Below are positions 27,261 through 34,904 of a stretch of DNA of 34,904 bases, piece after piece. The first letter of the stretch is position 1. Each line of letters begins with the position of its first letter. The stretch comes from a virus (taxonomy: Duplodnaviria; Caudoviricetes), in IMG/VR virus record IMGVR_UViG_3300022926_001670, positions 1 to 34,904 of that record. One strand, written 5' to 3'. Position numbers and translations under genes: made by a program. The notes beneath the pieces were generated by a model that saw nothing but the letters and a program-made list of their open reading frames with translations, searched no databases and was not told where the DNA came from.

Positions 27261-27904
27261 TGCCAATGAAAGCCGACCTGTGGTTTCCAACAGTGATATG
27301 GAACGATGAACTAAAACATATCAACAATTCAGAACTTAAAGAATATGTTGAAAAATTAAACAAAGATGACACAGGCAAAGTGGCTTCGAACTATGGTGGT
27401 TGGCAAAGTAAATCTTATGATATTCTATCTGAAAGACCAATTGCTATTGAAAGATTTATTCAGTCCATTCAAAAGAATATAAACGATTGTACTAAAATGG
27501 CAGGCTTAATGGATTTACAAATAAGTGATTATTGGTGGAACATTAATAAAAAAGGCGACTATAATCATCTACACGATCACAGAGACAGTATTTTAAGTGG
27601 AGTGTACTATATCGATATTCCAGATGAAAATATGGGTAACATTCATTTTGAAAGAGAAGATAACGCTGAGTTCTTTTTACCTAGAGTCATGCCAAAAAGA
27701 AATCATATTTCGGCTGTGAGAGCAACCTATAAACCGATGTCAGGGGGTCTACTGATTTTTCCTAGTTGGGTTAGACATTCTGTAGATGGAAACAAATCAG
27801 ATAAACCAAGAATATCAATGAGTTTCAACACATCAATTGCAATGACTCCTGACAATGACGAACTGGCAAAATTGAATGGGTTTCCGCCATTGACAGGCGA
27901 ATAA
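27260..27904 (+). CDS. 2OG-Fe(II) oxygenase (TIGR02466-like)
   Basis: HDH..LSGVYY, FPSWVRHSV and RISMSFN motifs. Confidence 0.9.
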   Translation: MPMKADLWFPTVIWNDELKHINNSELKEYVEKLNKDDTGKVASNYGGWQSKSYDILSERPIAIERFIQSIQKNINDCTKMAGLMDLQISDYWWNINKKGDYNHLHDHRDSILSGVYYIDIPDENMGNIHFEREDNAEFFLPRVMPKRNHISAVRATYKPMSGGLLIFPSWVRHSVDGNKSDKPRISMSFNTSIAMTPDNDELAKLNGFPPLTGE

Positions 27905-27925
27905 AGTTGTGTTAGTATAACTTTA

Positions 27926-28639
27926 ATGGTTAGTACTGAAGAAAAACGCAAACTTTTAGAACGCATTAAAAACGAGCCTAAACATTACGAAATCAGATTA
28001 GAAGGTAAAGGTTGTGAAACTGTGATGGGTTTTATAACAAAAGAAGCATATCGATTTTGGTCCAAAAAAAAAGATAAAGAACTTGGCAATTATCTATCTC
28101 AATATAGAGATATGAATATGTTAGGTAAAATACCTGCTAAAGCACAGTTACAAAAAGAATGGTATGAACACGATGACATTGCTCATGTGTCAGGTGTATT
28201 ATTAAACAGTTCTAATAAAATTTATATTGATCAATATAATAGTAAATTTCAGTTGGAAGACACTGTGTTCAGATCAGAACTGGATTTGAACGAGTTAGCA
28301 AAAAAGGGTATAAGAATGGTATCCACATTAGCATCTAACTATGATGCTCCACAGATGATAGACAAACATTTCTTTTTTGGAATCAGTAAAGAGTCCGGCT
28401 GTTGGTATACAGAAGAAAAGATTAAAACTAAACTGTATGATTTTGATCTACAGAAACTGTGGTTACGATACAGCACTGTGAATGGAGTTAATGTGATACA
28501 CGAAATTGAATATGACGGACTAGAGTATTACCTTACAGCAGATACAAAAGGATTAGAATTTGATATTGGTGTTAAAAAAGGCATCAGTTATAAAGATTTT
28601 GGTAAAAAAAATATGAAAAATATATGGATTAACTCTTGA
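27926..28639 (+). CDS. Hypothetical phage protein
   Basis: ORF downstream of TTGACA-N17-TAGTAT (27890-27918). Confidence 0.7.
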   Translation: MVSTEEKRKLLERIKNEPKHYEIRLEGKGCETVMGFITKEAYRFWSKKKDKELGNYLSQYRDMNMLGKIPAKAQLQKEWYEHDDIAHVSGVLLNSSNKIYIDQYNSKFQLEDTVFRSELDLNELAKKGIRMVSTLASNYDAPQMIDKHFFFGISKESGCWYTEEKIKTKLYDFDLQKLWLRYSTVNGVNVIHEIEYDGLEYYLTADTKGLEFDIGVKKGISYKDFGKKNMKNIWINS

Positions 28640-28700
28640 TTTTTATGAATGAGTTATTATATAATACAGTATCAAGCACAATAAACTTGATAAATACCCG

Positions 28701-28762
28701 TGTAAGTTGCTTAGATAGGGCTTACATAACATTAACTTGCTTAAAAAAGGAGAAAAACAATG
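28701..28762 (+). promoter_or_regulatory. ROSE-like RNA thermometer leader of hsp20
   Basis: First hairpin 28701-28726. CTTGCTT (28736-28742) pairs with the SD AAGGAG, leaving a bulged G. Confidence 0.55.
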
Positions 28763-29200
28763 AAAAATAATCTATCTATATTCAATCAATTAAGACCAGT
28801 AACTGTAGGATTCGACTCTATGTTCGATAGATTCGAAAAGATGTTTGATGAGGATTTTATCAACATTCCAACAGTAAACTATCCACCATACAATATTGTA
28901 AAAACAGGTGATTACACCTACGATATTGAACTTGCATTGGCTGGATTTAACAAGAAGGACATTGAAGTGGAGTATGCAGATAACCTACTTACAATCAAGT
29001 CTGTTAAATCTGAAGAAGCGAAAGCAGAAACAGATGGTGTCATTCACAGAGGTATCTCTAAGAGACAATTTACTAGATCATTTACAATAGCAGATGATGT
29101 AGAAGTTAGAGGTGCTGAACTGAAAGATGGTCTTTTAAAAGTTTCTTTGGAAAGAATTATTCCAGAGAGCAAGAAGGCAAGATCAATCGAAGTTAAGTAA
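28760..29200 (+). CDS. Small heat-shock protein Hsp20 (IbpA-like)
   Basis: NYPPYNI, LALAGF, HRGISKRQF and LKDGLL motifs. Confidence 0.96.
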   Translation: MKNNLSIFNQLRPVTVGFDSMFDRFEKMFDEDFINIPTVNYPPYNIVKTGDYTYDIELALAGFNKKDIEVEYADNLLTIKSVKSEEAKAETDGVIHRGISKRQFTRSFTIADDVEVRGAELKDGLLKVSLERIIPESKKARSIEVK

Positions 29201-29214
29201 CTTTAGAAAGAATA

Positions 29215-29240
29215 TGGGTAGGGTGGCAACATCCTACCCA
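29215..29240 (+). terminator. Hairpin after hsp20
   Basis: TGGGTAGGGTG-GCAA-CATCCTACCCA with a GNRA loop. Confidence 0.65.
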
Positions 29241-29252
29241 ATAAATAAAATT

Positions 29253-29558
29253 ATGACCACAGAACTAGACGTTAAAGTAGACTCCAAAGTAAAACAAATA
29301 GTTAAGACTCCAAAAAATTATCACGTAATTCTTTTGAATGACGAAGTTACACCTATGGATTTTGTGGTGGAACTTTTAGTAAAAATATTTAGACACACTC
29401 CAGAAACAGCCAAAGACCTTACACTGAAGATCCACAAGGAAGGATCAGCCATTGTAGGAACGTATACATATGAATTAGCAGAACAAAAAGGCACTGAGGC
29501 AACACAAGAAAGCAGAGATAGAGGATTTCCTTTACAAGTTAAAGTAGAACAGGAATGA
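29253..29558 (+). CDS. clpS: Clp protease adaptor ClpS
   Basis: VILLNDEVTPMDFVV, IHKEG and FPL motifs. Start reassigned to 29253. Confidence 0.95.
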   Translation: MTTELDVKVDSKVKQIVKTPKNYHVILLNDEVTPMDFVVELLVKIFRHTPETAKDLTLKIHKEGSAIVGTYTYELAEQKGTEATQESRDRGFPLQVKVEQE

Positions 29559-29698
29559 AAACTTATTACTTTTGGGTGAGATTACCCAACAAAGGACCAA
29601 TGAAAGTTGCTGAACAAGGAAGAACTGCCAGCGAAGCAAAACAGATTGTGGAGGCAAGATTTCCTGAAGCGTCAGTGATGTTTGCAGAAGGATTTTAA
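29555..29698 (+). CDS. 47-aa hypothetical protein (absent from the ORF track)
   Basis: ATGA overlap with clpS and stop 1 nt before hemO. Translation: MKTYYFWVRLPNKGPMKVAEQGRTASEAKQIVEARFPEASVMFAEGF. Confidence 0.7.
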   Translation: MKTYYFWVRLPNKGPMKVAEQGRTASEAKQIVEARFPEASVMFAEGF

Positions 29699-29699
29699 T

Positions 29700-30251
29700 A
29701 TGGGACTTAAAGAATTAACCAAAGAAGTACACCAAGACGCAGAACGTCAAGAGTTTGTTAAAACATTGATGAGTGGCAATATGAGTGACGAAATGTATGC
29801 AGAGTTCTTGTACAATCAACACGCCATATACAATCTATTAGAAGCCTGTGCTATGAGTCATGGCTTATTGAACGATTTCCCACAAATTAGAAGAGCACCA
29901 AGCATATTGGCAGACTTTCAAGAACTTTGGAAAAAAGAAGATATGCCTAAGATAACAGAGAGCACTGAACGTTATATCAAACATATGTACACTATAAAAG
30001 AAGACCCAAAAAAACTTATGGCACACATCTACGTGAGACACATGGGAGATTTGAGTGGTGGGCAAATGATTAAAAAGAGAGCACCAGGATCAGGCACAAT
30101 GTATGACTTTGGACGAGCCGATGTAAAAGAAATAAAAGAAAGAATTAGAAGTAAAACAGACGACAGCATGGCTGATGAGGCTAGACTGTGTTTTGGTTAT
30201 GCCGCTGAATTATTCAAAGAATTACACAATGCCCAGAAAAAAGAAGTTTAA
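29700..30251 (+). CDS. hemO: Heme oxygenase
   Basis: LKELTKEVHQDAE (proximal His) and AHIYVRHMGDLSGGQ. Confidence 0.95.
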   Translation: MGLKELTKEVHQDAERQEFVKTLMSGNMSDEMYAEFLYNQHAIYNLLEACAMSHGLLNDFPQIRRAPSILADFQELWKKEDMPKITESTERYIKHMYTIKEDPKKLMAHIYVRHMGDLSGGQMIKKRAPGSGTMYDFGRADVKEIKERIRSKTDDSMADEARLCFGYAAELFKELHNAQKKEV

Positions 30252-30450
30252 AGACTTTCCAGGAAACCTGATCAAAATAAAAGTTTTAGAAGACGAAATT
30301 AAATTTTTTAAAAGTTTAATTCAAGAAACCGATACCGGACATATTTACACCACAATAGACAGTTTAGAAACAAGAGTTAAACAACTAAAAGGAATACCCA
30401 CTGACGATCCTTTTATACAAGATAGAGAAAGTGACGTAAACGATATATGA
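30229..30450 (+). CDS. Hypothetical 73-aa protein between hemO and pcyX
   Basis: Overlaps both neighbours. DTGHIYTTI motif. Confidence 0.65.
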   Translation: MPRKKKFKDFPGNLIKIKVLEDEIKFFKSLIQETDTGHIYTTIDSLETRVKQLKGIPTDDPFIQDRESDVNDI

Positions 30451-31142
30451 GTTTTATTTGGGACACCCTGATAGATTGTAAAGAACAAATTATTGCCGAG
30501 TTCGATAAACGCGGTGAAGAGATTCAAGAAGAAGGTATGAGTCAATTCAATCAACCAGACAATGGTTGGATTAACAGAGTATGGCGCACCAAGGATTGTA
30601 GACGTTGTCACATAGATGTAGTAGATGCTAGAGAATCCAAATCACTGTGGATGATGCACGTGTGTATCTTTCCTAACCTAGACAACAACGGACCCATATA
30701 TGGCTTTGATGTTATAGCAGGTAAAAACAAAATGACCGGCGCTTTTCATGATTTTTCAAAAAGTTCTGGTGGAGAAGAACATCCACTTATAGATTGGTTT
30801 AAAGAAGCAGTAGAAGAATTTATACCTAGCAAGAAACGTGAATTACCTCAATGGGCCTTGAATATTTTCAGTGGTAGTATGGTAGCGGCAGGTAATGTTA
30901 AGACTGATGAAGAAGCCAAAGCCATTGTGGACTTGGCAATTAGCAATCTAAAAGTGTATTTTGATTCTATTGGACAATACAATAACACGGCTAAACCAGA
31001 AGATACTGTAGAAGCACAAAACTATTATTGCCATAATCAACAGCAAAACCCACACACACCAAGGGTAATGAAATCGCTTGGATTGGCTGAAAAAGATGTG
31101 GAAATCTTTTGCACTGATGCACTGTTCCCAAAAATACAATAA
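30447..31142 (+). CDS. pcyX: Ferredoxin-dependent bilin reductase, PcyX type
   Basis: RRCHIDVVD, LWMMHVCIFP, PIYGFD and QQQNPHT. The His/Asp pair is present, with Asp where PcyA has Glu76. Confidence 0.88.
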   Translation: MSFIWDTLIDCKEQIIAEFDKRGEEIQEEGMSQFNQPDNGWINRVWRTKDCRRCHIDVVDARESKSLWMMHVCIFPNLDNNGPIYGFDVIAGKNKMTGAFHDFSKSSGGEEHPLIDWFKEAVEEFIPSKKRELPQWALNIFSGSMVAAGNVKTDEEAKAIVDLAISNLKVYFDSIGQYNNTAKPEDTVEAQNYYCHNQQQNPHTPRVMKSLGLAEKDVEIFCTDALFPKIQ

Positions 31143-31152
31143 TCTTTCTGTA

Positions 31153-31181
31153 TTGACACTGTAGGTAAATTGTGTTATATT
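31153..31181 (+). promoter_or_regulatory. Sigma70-type promoter
   Basis: TTGACA-N17-TATATT with an extended TG. Confidence 0.7.
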
Positions 31182-31190
31182 AATACTGTT

Positions 31191-31361
31191 ATGATACATT
31201 CAATTAAAAATGTAATGACAAAAATAACTGCAATGAAACAAAAAAGCCTTGAGATAGAAAAAGCAATAAAAGAAGGCAAGCATCCAGAAGAAATTAAGTT
31301 TATGACTGATGAATTAAAACAATTGGGCCTTGAAGTTGCTAGTATAAGAGTACTTAGATGA
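31191..31361 (+). CDS. Small hypothetical protein
   Basis: ATG just after a promoter. ATGA-coupled to the next gene. Confidence 0.6.
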   Translation: MIHSIKNVMTKITAMKQKSLEIEKAIKEGKHPEEIKFMTDELKQLGLEVASIRVLR

Positions 31362-31837
31362 TTATAAACATTGAAGGCGGCAACAAGCAATTAAGAGAAT
31401 TATCTGAAAGTATTGCTGAATTTTGTGCCAGCAAGTTATTTTCTAAAAAATTATCCCACACACTTACTTTAGATATAGAACTATCAAAAACTTTACTCAA
31501 AGAAGATGGTATACTTGGTGAAATAGATTTTGATGATTCTAATCATAGACCTAAAGAGTTTACCATGACTGTGGATTGCTCCGTATCAAAAAGAAAAATA
31601 ATGGAAACCATTGCTCATGAAATGGTACATCTGAAGCAATATGCCAAAGGTGAGTTGGTGGACCTTGAACGATGCGGATCAACAACTTGGCAAAAAACTA
31701 AAATTAACTCCGAAACCAACTACTGGGATCTGCCCTGGGAAGTTGAAGCACACGGAAAAGAATTGGGACTTTTTGTGAGATGGGCGGAACACAATCACCT
31801 GGGTAATCAGGACTGGACTCAAGAAAAGTACGCATAG
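31358..31837 (+). CDS. HExxH zinc metallopeptidase-like protein
   Basis: AHEMVHLKQ...PWEVEA. Confidence 0.8.
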   Translation: MIINIEGGNKQLRELSESIAEFCASKLFSKKLSHTLTLDIELSKTLLKEDGILGEIDFDDSNHRPKEFTMTVDCSVSKRKIMETIAHEMVHLKQYAKGELVDLERCGSTTWQKTKINSETNYWDLPWEVEAHGKELGLFVRWAEHNHLGNQDWTQEKYA

Positions 31838-31920
31838 AACTCCAAAATAATTTGAATTAACTGCTACTATAACTAATATAGTGCTGTGTTTAACCACGAG
31901 CTCAGTCGTTAAATATTAGT

Positions 31921-32373
31921 ATGAAAAGTCGCAGATACTACAAGCAGAAGATTCGCAAAGCATTAACTGTGAGAGGCAATGAAAAAAACTATTACCCAAC
32001 ACAGGAGAGTGCTGTTAGATGGTTTCACATCTTGAATAGAAGTCTGTTTGAAAATAAACTTAAACCTATCAAAATATCAATAAGACGAATGAAAGGTTGT
32101 ATGGGTGTACTGCTGATAGACTGGGACGCAAGAAAAACTCCCAAAGGCACCTGTGATCAAAGCAAACTTCCTTATCACAATCCAACAATACATTGGGATA
32201 TGACACTTCATTCCAAATTCAAAACATGGAGAGACTTTTTAGAAACATTGGCACATGAAATGGTGCATCAATATCAAGTGGAAGTAATCAAAGATCCTTA
32301 CGCAAATCACAATAAAAATTTCTATGCTTGGCGAGAAAAGTTTGCTAGGTATGGATTAAAAATCTGCTATTAA
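31921..32373 (+). CDS. SprT-like HExxH metallopeptidase
   Basis: LNRSLF, LAHEMVHQYQ...HNKNF. TAAATA at 31910-31915. Confidence 0.8.
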   Translation: MKSRRYYKQKIRKALTVRGNEKNYYPTQESAVRWFHILNRSLFENKLKPIKISIRRMKGCMGVLLIDWDARKTPKGTCDQSKLPYHNPTIHWDMTLHSKFKTWRDFLETLAHEMVHQYQVEVIKDPYANHNKNFYAWREKFARYGLKICY

Positions 32374-32390
32374 CAATAAAATTACAAGTG

Positions 32391-32573
32391 CTATTTATCA
32401 AAATCTGGATTAGTCAGATCATCTAGGGTGATTATGTGGGATTTTGGAAAAGTTCTTGTTCCTTCTTTTGGCTCTTCAATCACACCTTTTGGTTTACGAC
32501 GAGACTGATTACGAACTTGTTTATTGGCTTTCTTCTGCTCTCTACGGATAACCCTGTCAGATTTTTTTGCCAT
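32391..32573 (-). CDS. Small basic hypothetical protein
   Basis: GGAG RBS and TAAATA (32591-32596) on the minus strand. Confidence 0.65.
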   Translation of the reverse strand: MAKKSDRVIRREQKKANKQVRNQSRRKPKGVIEEPKEGTRTFPKSHIITLDDLTNPDFDK

Positions 32574-32604
32574 TTAAACATCTCCAAAAGTATTTAATTA
32601 CCTA

Positions 32605-32633
32605 TTGACTTTACCGCCAAATAGTGTTATATT
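32605..32633 (+). promoter_or_regulatory. Sigma70-type promoter for rpsU
   Basis: TTGACT-N17-TATATT with an extended TG. Confidence 0.65.
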
Positions 32634-32687
32634 TTAGTTAATTTAGGACAACCGGCAAATAAAAATGAATGCTATAAAGGAGGCATA

Positions 32688-32885
32688 TTGAAAATAGAAG
32701 TAAGAAATAACAACGTTGAGAAAGCACTCAGGGTGATGAAAAAGAAACTGAAAAAAGAAGGTATCTTTGACGAAATGAAAGAAAGAAGATATTATCAGAA
32801 GCCAAGTGAAAAGAGACGTGAAGCAAAGAAACGTGGTTACGTTAATATTAAAAAAGCAGAAAGATTAAGAAGAAATTCTTTATAA
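32688..32885 (+). CDS. rpsU: 30S ribosomal protein bS21
   Basis: [16 protein letters not shown]...[19 protein letters not shown] with a TTG start. Confidence 0.95.
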   Translation: MKIEVRNNNVEKALRVMKKKLKKEGIFDEMKERRYYQKPSEKRREAKKRGYVNIKKAERLRRNSL

Positions 32886-32886
32886 G

Positions 32887-33102
32887 ATGAACACTTGGTT
32901 GTATTGGGCAGTACCCGAGAACAGAGCAACTCATTACTTGGTATTGATGTGTATGGCATTATTTGTATTGCCTTACATCCTTGGTATCAGATATACTTTA
33001 CTTGGATATTTGTTTAATATGATTTGGTTAGATTTAATTTATTATTGGACTTATAAGTTTTCTGAAAAGAACAAAAAGGATAAAGATGACAACACATTTT
33101 GA
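32887..33102 (+). CDS. Small two-TM membrane protein
   Basis: Two hydrophobic segments. Confidence 0.65.
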   Translation: MNTWLYWAVPENRATHYLVLMCMALFVLPYILGIRYTLLGYLFNMIWLDLIYYWTYKFSEKNKKDKDDNTF

Positions 33103-33319
33103 TGACAAGTGTATAATCGAGTGTACCAACAATGATAGAAAAGTTGAGGCAGAAGTGATGTCTTTTAAAGAGGGAGATTTTTTATCTGTGAGTATTCAAC
33201 GTTTTATCAAAATCAATATGCAGTACAATGAAAGAAAAGGTGTGTATATTGGTAATCAGGGAGGACTCGAATTCATTACCGATGGTCCACAAAAATACGT
33301 AAGTAACGATACAAGATAA
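33086..33319 (+). CDS. Hypothetical phage protein
   Basis: AAGGA RBS. Part of the operon. Confidence 0.7.
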   Translation: MTTHFDDKCIIECTNNDRKVEAEVMSFKEGDFLSVSIQRFIKINMQYNERKGVYIGNQGGLEFITDGPQKYVSNDTR

Positions 33320-33322
33320 CTT

Positions 33323-34354
33323 ATGAAAAAAATATGTGTAATAGGTGCCGGTAAAATCGGCAGAACCATTAATGCTTACCTTAAACTGCAAGGTCATGAA
33401 GTGTTTTTGGTTGACTCAAATCCTAATATTAAAAACGCAATTCATATTGATGCTAATGATGAACAGGCAGTTAGCGAATTTATTAAGGATAAAGATATCG
33501 TAGTTTCATCAGCACCATACAATGTGAACATCACTATCGCTGACAGTTGTGCCGCTCATGATGTGGCATACTTTGACCTCACAGAAGATGTGGAAGTTTG
33601 TCAGCACATTAAGAATTTAAAAACAGACACCTTCATGATGCCACAATGCGGATTGGCTCCAGGTGCTGTGAATATCATTGCCGCTGATCTGATCAAACAA
33701 TTCAGCAGAGTAGACAAAGTCAAAATGAGAGTGGGTGCATTGCCCATGTACACTGCCAACTCAATGGCATACTACTTGACTTGGTCCACATCAGGATTAA
33801 TCAATGAATATGTGAATGAAGTGGATGTCATTTCAGGTGGCAAACACATCAAAGCACAACCGTTGGATGGATTAGAAACTATCTATATAGATGGCAACAG
33901 ATATGAAGCATTCAACACTTCAGGCGGTGTAGCAACCATGTGTGAAACATTCAAAGACAAAGTGTATAACATGAGTTACAAAACAATAAGATATCCAGGT
34001 CATCACGACTCTATGAAATTCTTATTGGAAGATTTAAATTTAAAACACAACAAGGAAAAATTTATCGATCTGTTTGATCAAGAAGTGCCTTACACAACCA
34101 AAGATGTTGTGGTGATGTTTATCACTGTGATAGGACAGAAAGACGGAATACTCCAAGAACTAACATATCATAAAAAAATCTATGGAGATAAAGCACTTAA
34201 CGGAATTCAAAAAACAACTGCCTCTGGCGTGTGTGCTGTGGTAGAAGCCTATGCAGAAGGCAAACTATCTGGCAAAGGATTTCAATGCCAAGAAGATGTT
34301 CCTTTTGAAGTGTTCACAAGCAATAAATTTGGGAAATTATATGAACAGGAATGA
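33323..34354 (+). CDS. Saccharopine dehydrogenase family / lysine 6-dehydrogenase-like protein
   Basis: GAGKIG, YFDLTEDV, CGLAPG, TWSTSGLINEY, EAFNTSGG and YKTIRYPGH. Confidence 0.9.
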   Translation: MKKICVIGAGKIGRTINAYLKLQGHEVFLVDSNPNIKNAIHIDANDEQAVSEFIKDKDIVVSSAPYNVNITIADSCAAHDVAYFDLTEDVEVCQHIKNLKTDTFMMPQCGLAPGAVNIIAADLIKQFSRVDKVKMRVGALPMYTANSMAYYLTWSTSGLINEYVNEVDVISGGKHIKAQPLDGLETIYIDGNRYEAFNTSGGVATMCETFKDKVYNMSYKTIRYPGHHDSMKFLLEDLNLKHNKEKFIDLFDQEVPYTTKDVVVMFITVIGQKDGILQELTYHKKIYGDKALNGIQKTTASGVCAVVEAYAEGKLSGKGFQCQEDVPFEVFTSNKFGKLYEQE

Positions 34355-34904
34355 TTACGATACAGTTATAACAAAAGCAATCACAATTCAAAAACAATGG
34401 CGTCAGGTGCCTGCACCTAAAAGAGGTGAATTGATTAGAGTGTTTGGTAACCATTTGAGACAAGATATAGAAACAATTGGTTCAGCCATAATGAAAGATG
34501 CCAAAAAGATTCATGCAGAAGCAATTGGCGAAGTTCAAGAAGCAGTTGATATGTGTGATTTTGCTGTGGGACTTTCAAGACAGTTGTATGGATTAACCAT
34601 TCAGAGTGAAAGACCAGAACACAAACTACAAGAAGTTTATAATCCATTAGGAGTTGTTGGTGTGATTTCAGCATTCAATTTTCCTTGTGCCGTTTGGGCA
34701 TGGAATCATTGTTTAGCCATTGTGTGCGGAAACAGTGTGGTATGGAAAGGTTCTCCTAAATCAGCCCAGGTGACAACTGCTTGTAAAACAGCATGGGACA
34801 AAGCAGTGGATGAATGTTTGCCCAATACCGAATACAAAGATTTACTACAAATAGTTGACGGAGATAAAGAACAAGCAGAATGGATGGCAGATGATGTCAG
34901 AATC
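34341..34904 (+). CDS. ALDH7-type (alpha-aminoadipate semialdehyde) dehydrogenase, 3'-truncated by the window (absent from the ORF track)
   Basis: WRQVPAPKRGE, GEVQEAVDMCDFAVGLSRQLYG, SERP and PLGVVGVISAFNFP. Confidence 0.92.
   Translation, partial: MNRNDYDTVITKAITIQKQWRQVPAPKRGELIRVFGNHLRQDIETIGSAIMKDAKKIHAEAIGEVQEAVDMCDFAVGLSRQLYGLTIQSERPEHKLQEVYNPLGVVGVISAFNFPCAVWAWNHCLAIVCGNSVVWKGSPKSAQVTTACKTAWDKAVDECLPNTEYKDLLQIVDGDKEQAEWMADDVRI

Noticed and set aside
28064-28072. A9 run as a frameshift site
   Set aside because: The -1 frame hits TAA almost immediately.
29214-29252. Longer ClpS start given in the ORF track
   Set aside because: It lies in the hairpin after hsp20 and upstream of the TAAATA motif, so ATG 29253 fits better.
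1-34904. Alternative genetic code, or cellular origin of the window
   Set aside because: Conserved genes are intact in code 11 and use all three stop codons. Host-like genes are interspersed with virion genes and T4-type late motifs.

Overview
This is a gene-dense, AT-rich segment of a large T4-like (myovirus/jumbo-type) marine phage genome, not a cellular chromosome. The host is probably an alphaproteobacterium (SAR11-like), inferred from the two-piece tmRNA, DUF1178, PcyX and a ROSE-like leader. From 5' to 3' the window holds: (1) a curlin-repeat protein and a CHASE2 class III cyclase; (2) a small minus-strand block; (3) a late block of proteins with T4-type head-targeting N-termini, including a Pol-beta-type nucleotidyltransferase and a ligase-like KxDG protein; (4) an exonuclease, a tail-fibre protein, nrdAB, glutaredoxin and a HAD nucleotidase; (5) Hc1-like, CspA and a circularly permuted tmRNA with a long 23-codon tag; (6) a GH73 hydrolase, lipoproteins and a 2OG-Fe(II) oxygenase; (7) hsp20, clpS, hemO and pcyX; (8) two HExxH peptidases and rpsU; (9) a lysine-catabolism pair. 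Signals missing from the ORF track are the permuted tmRNA, two matching A9G slippery sites whose -1 frames fill otherwise unexplained coding space, several small ORFs, a ROSE-like leader, and a two-class promoter system (sigma70 plus TAAATA). All family assignments come from motif recognition by eye, not database searches.
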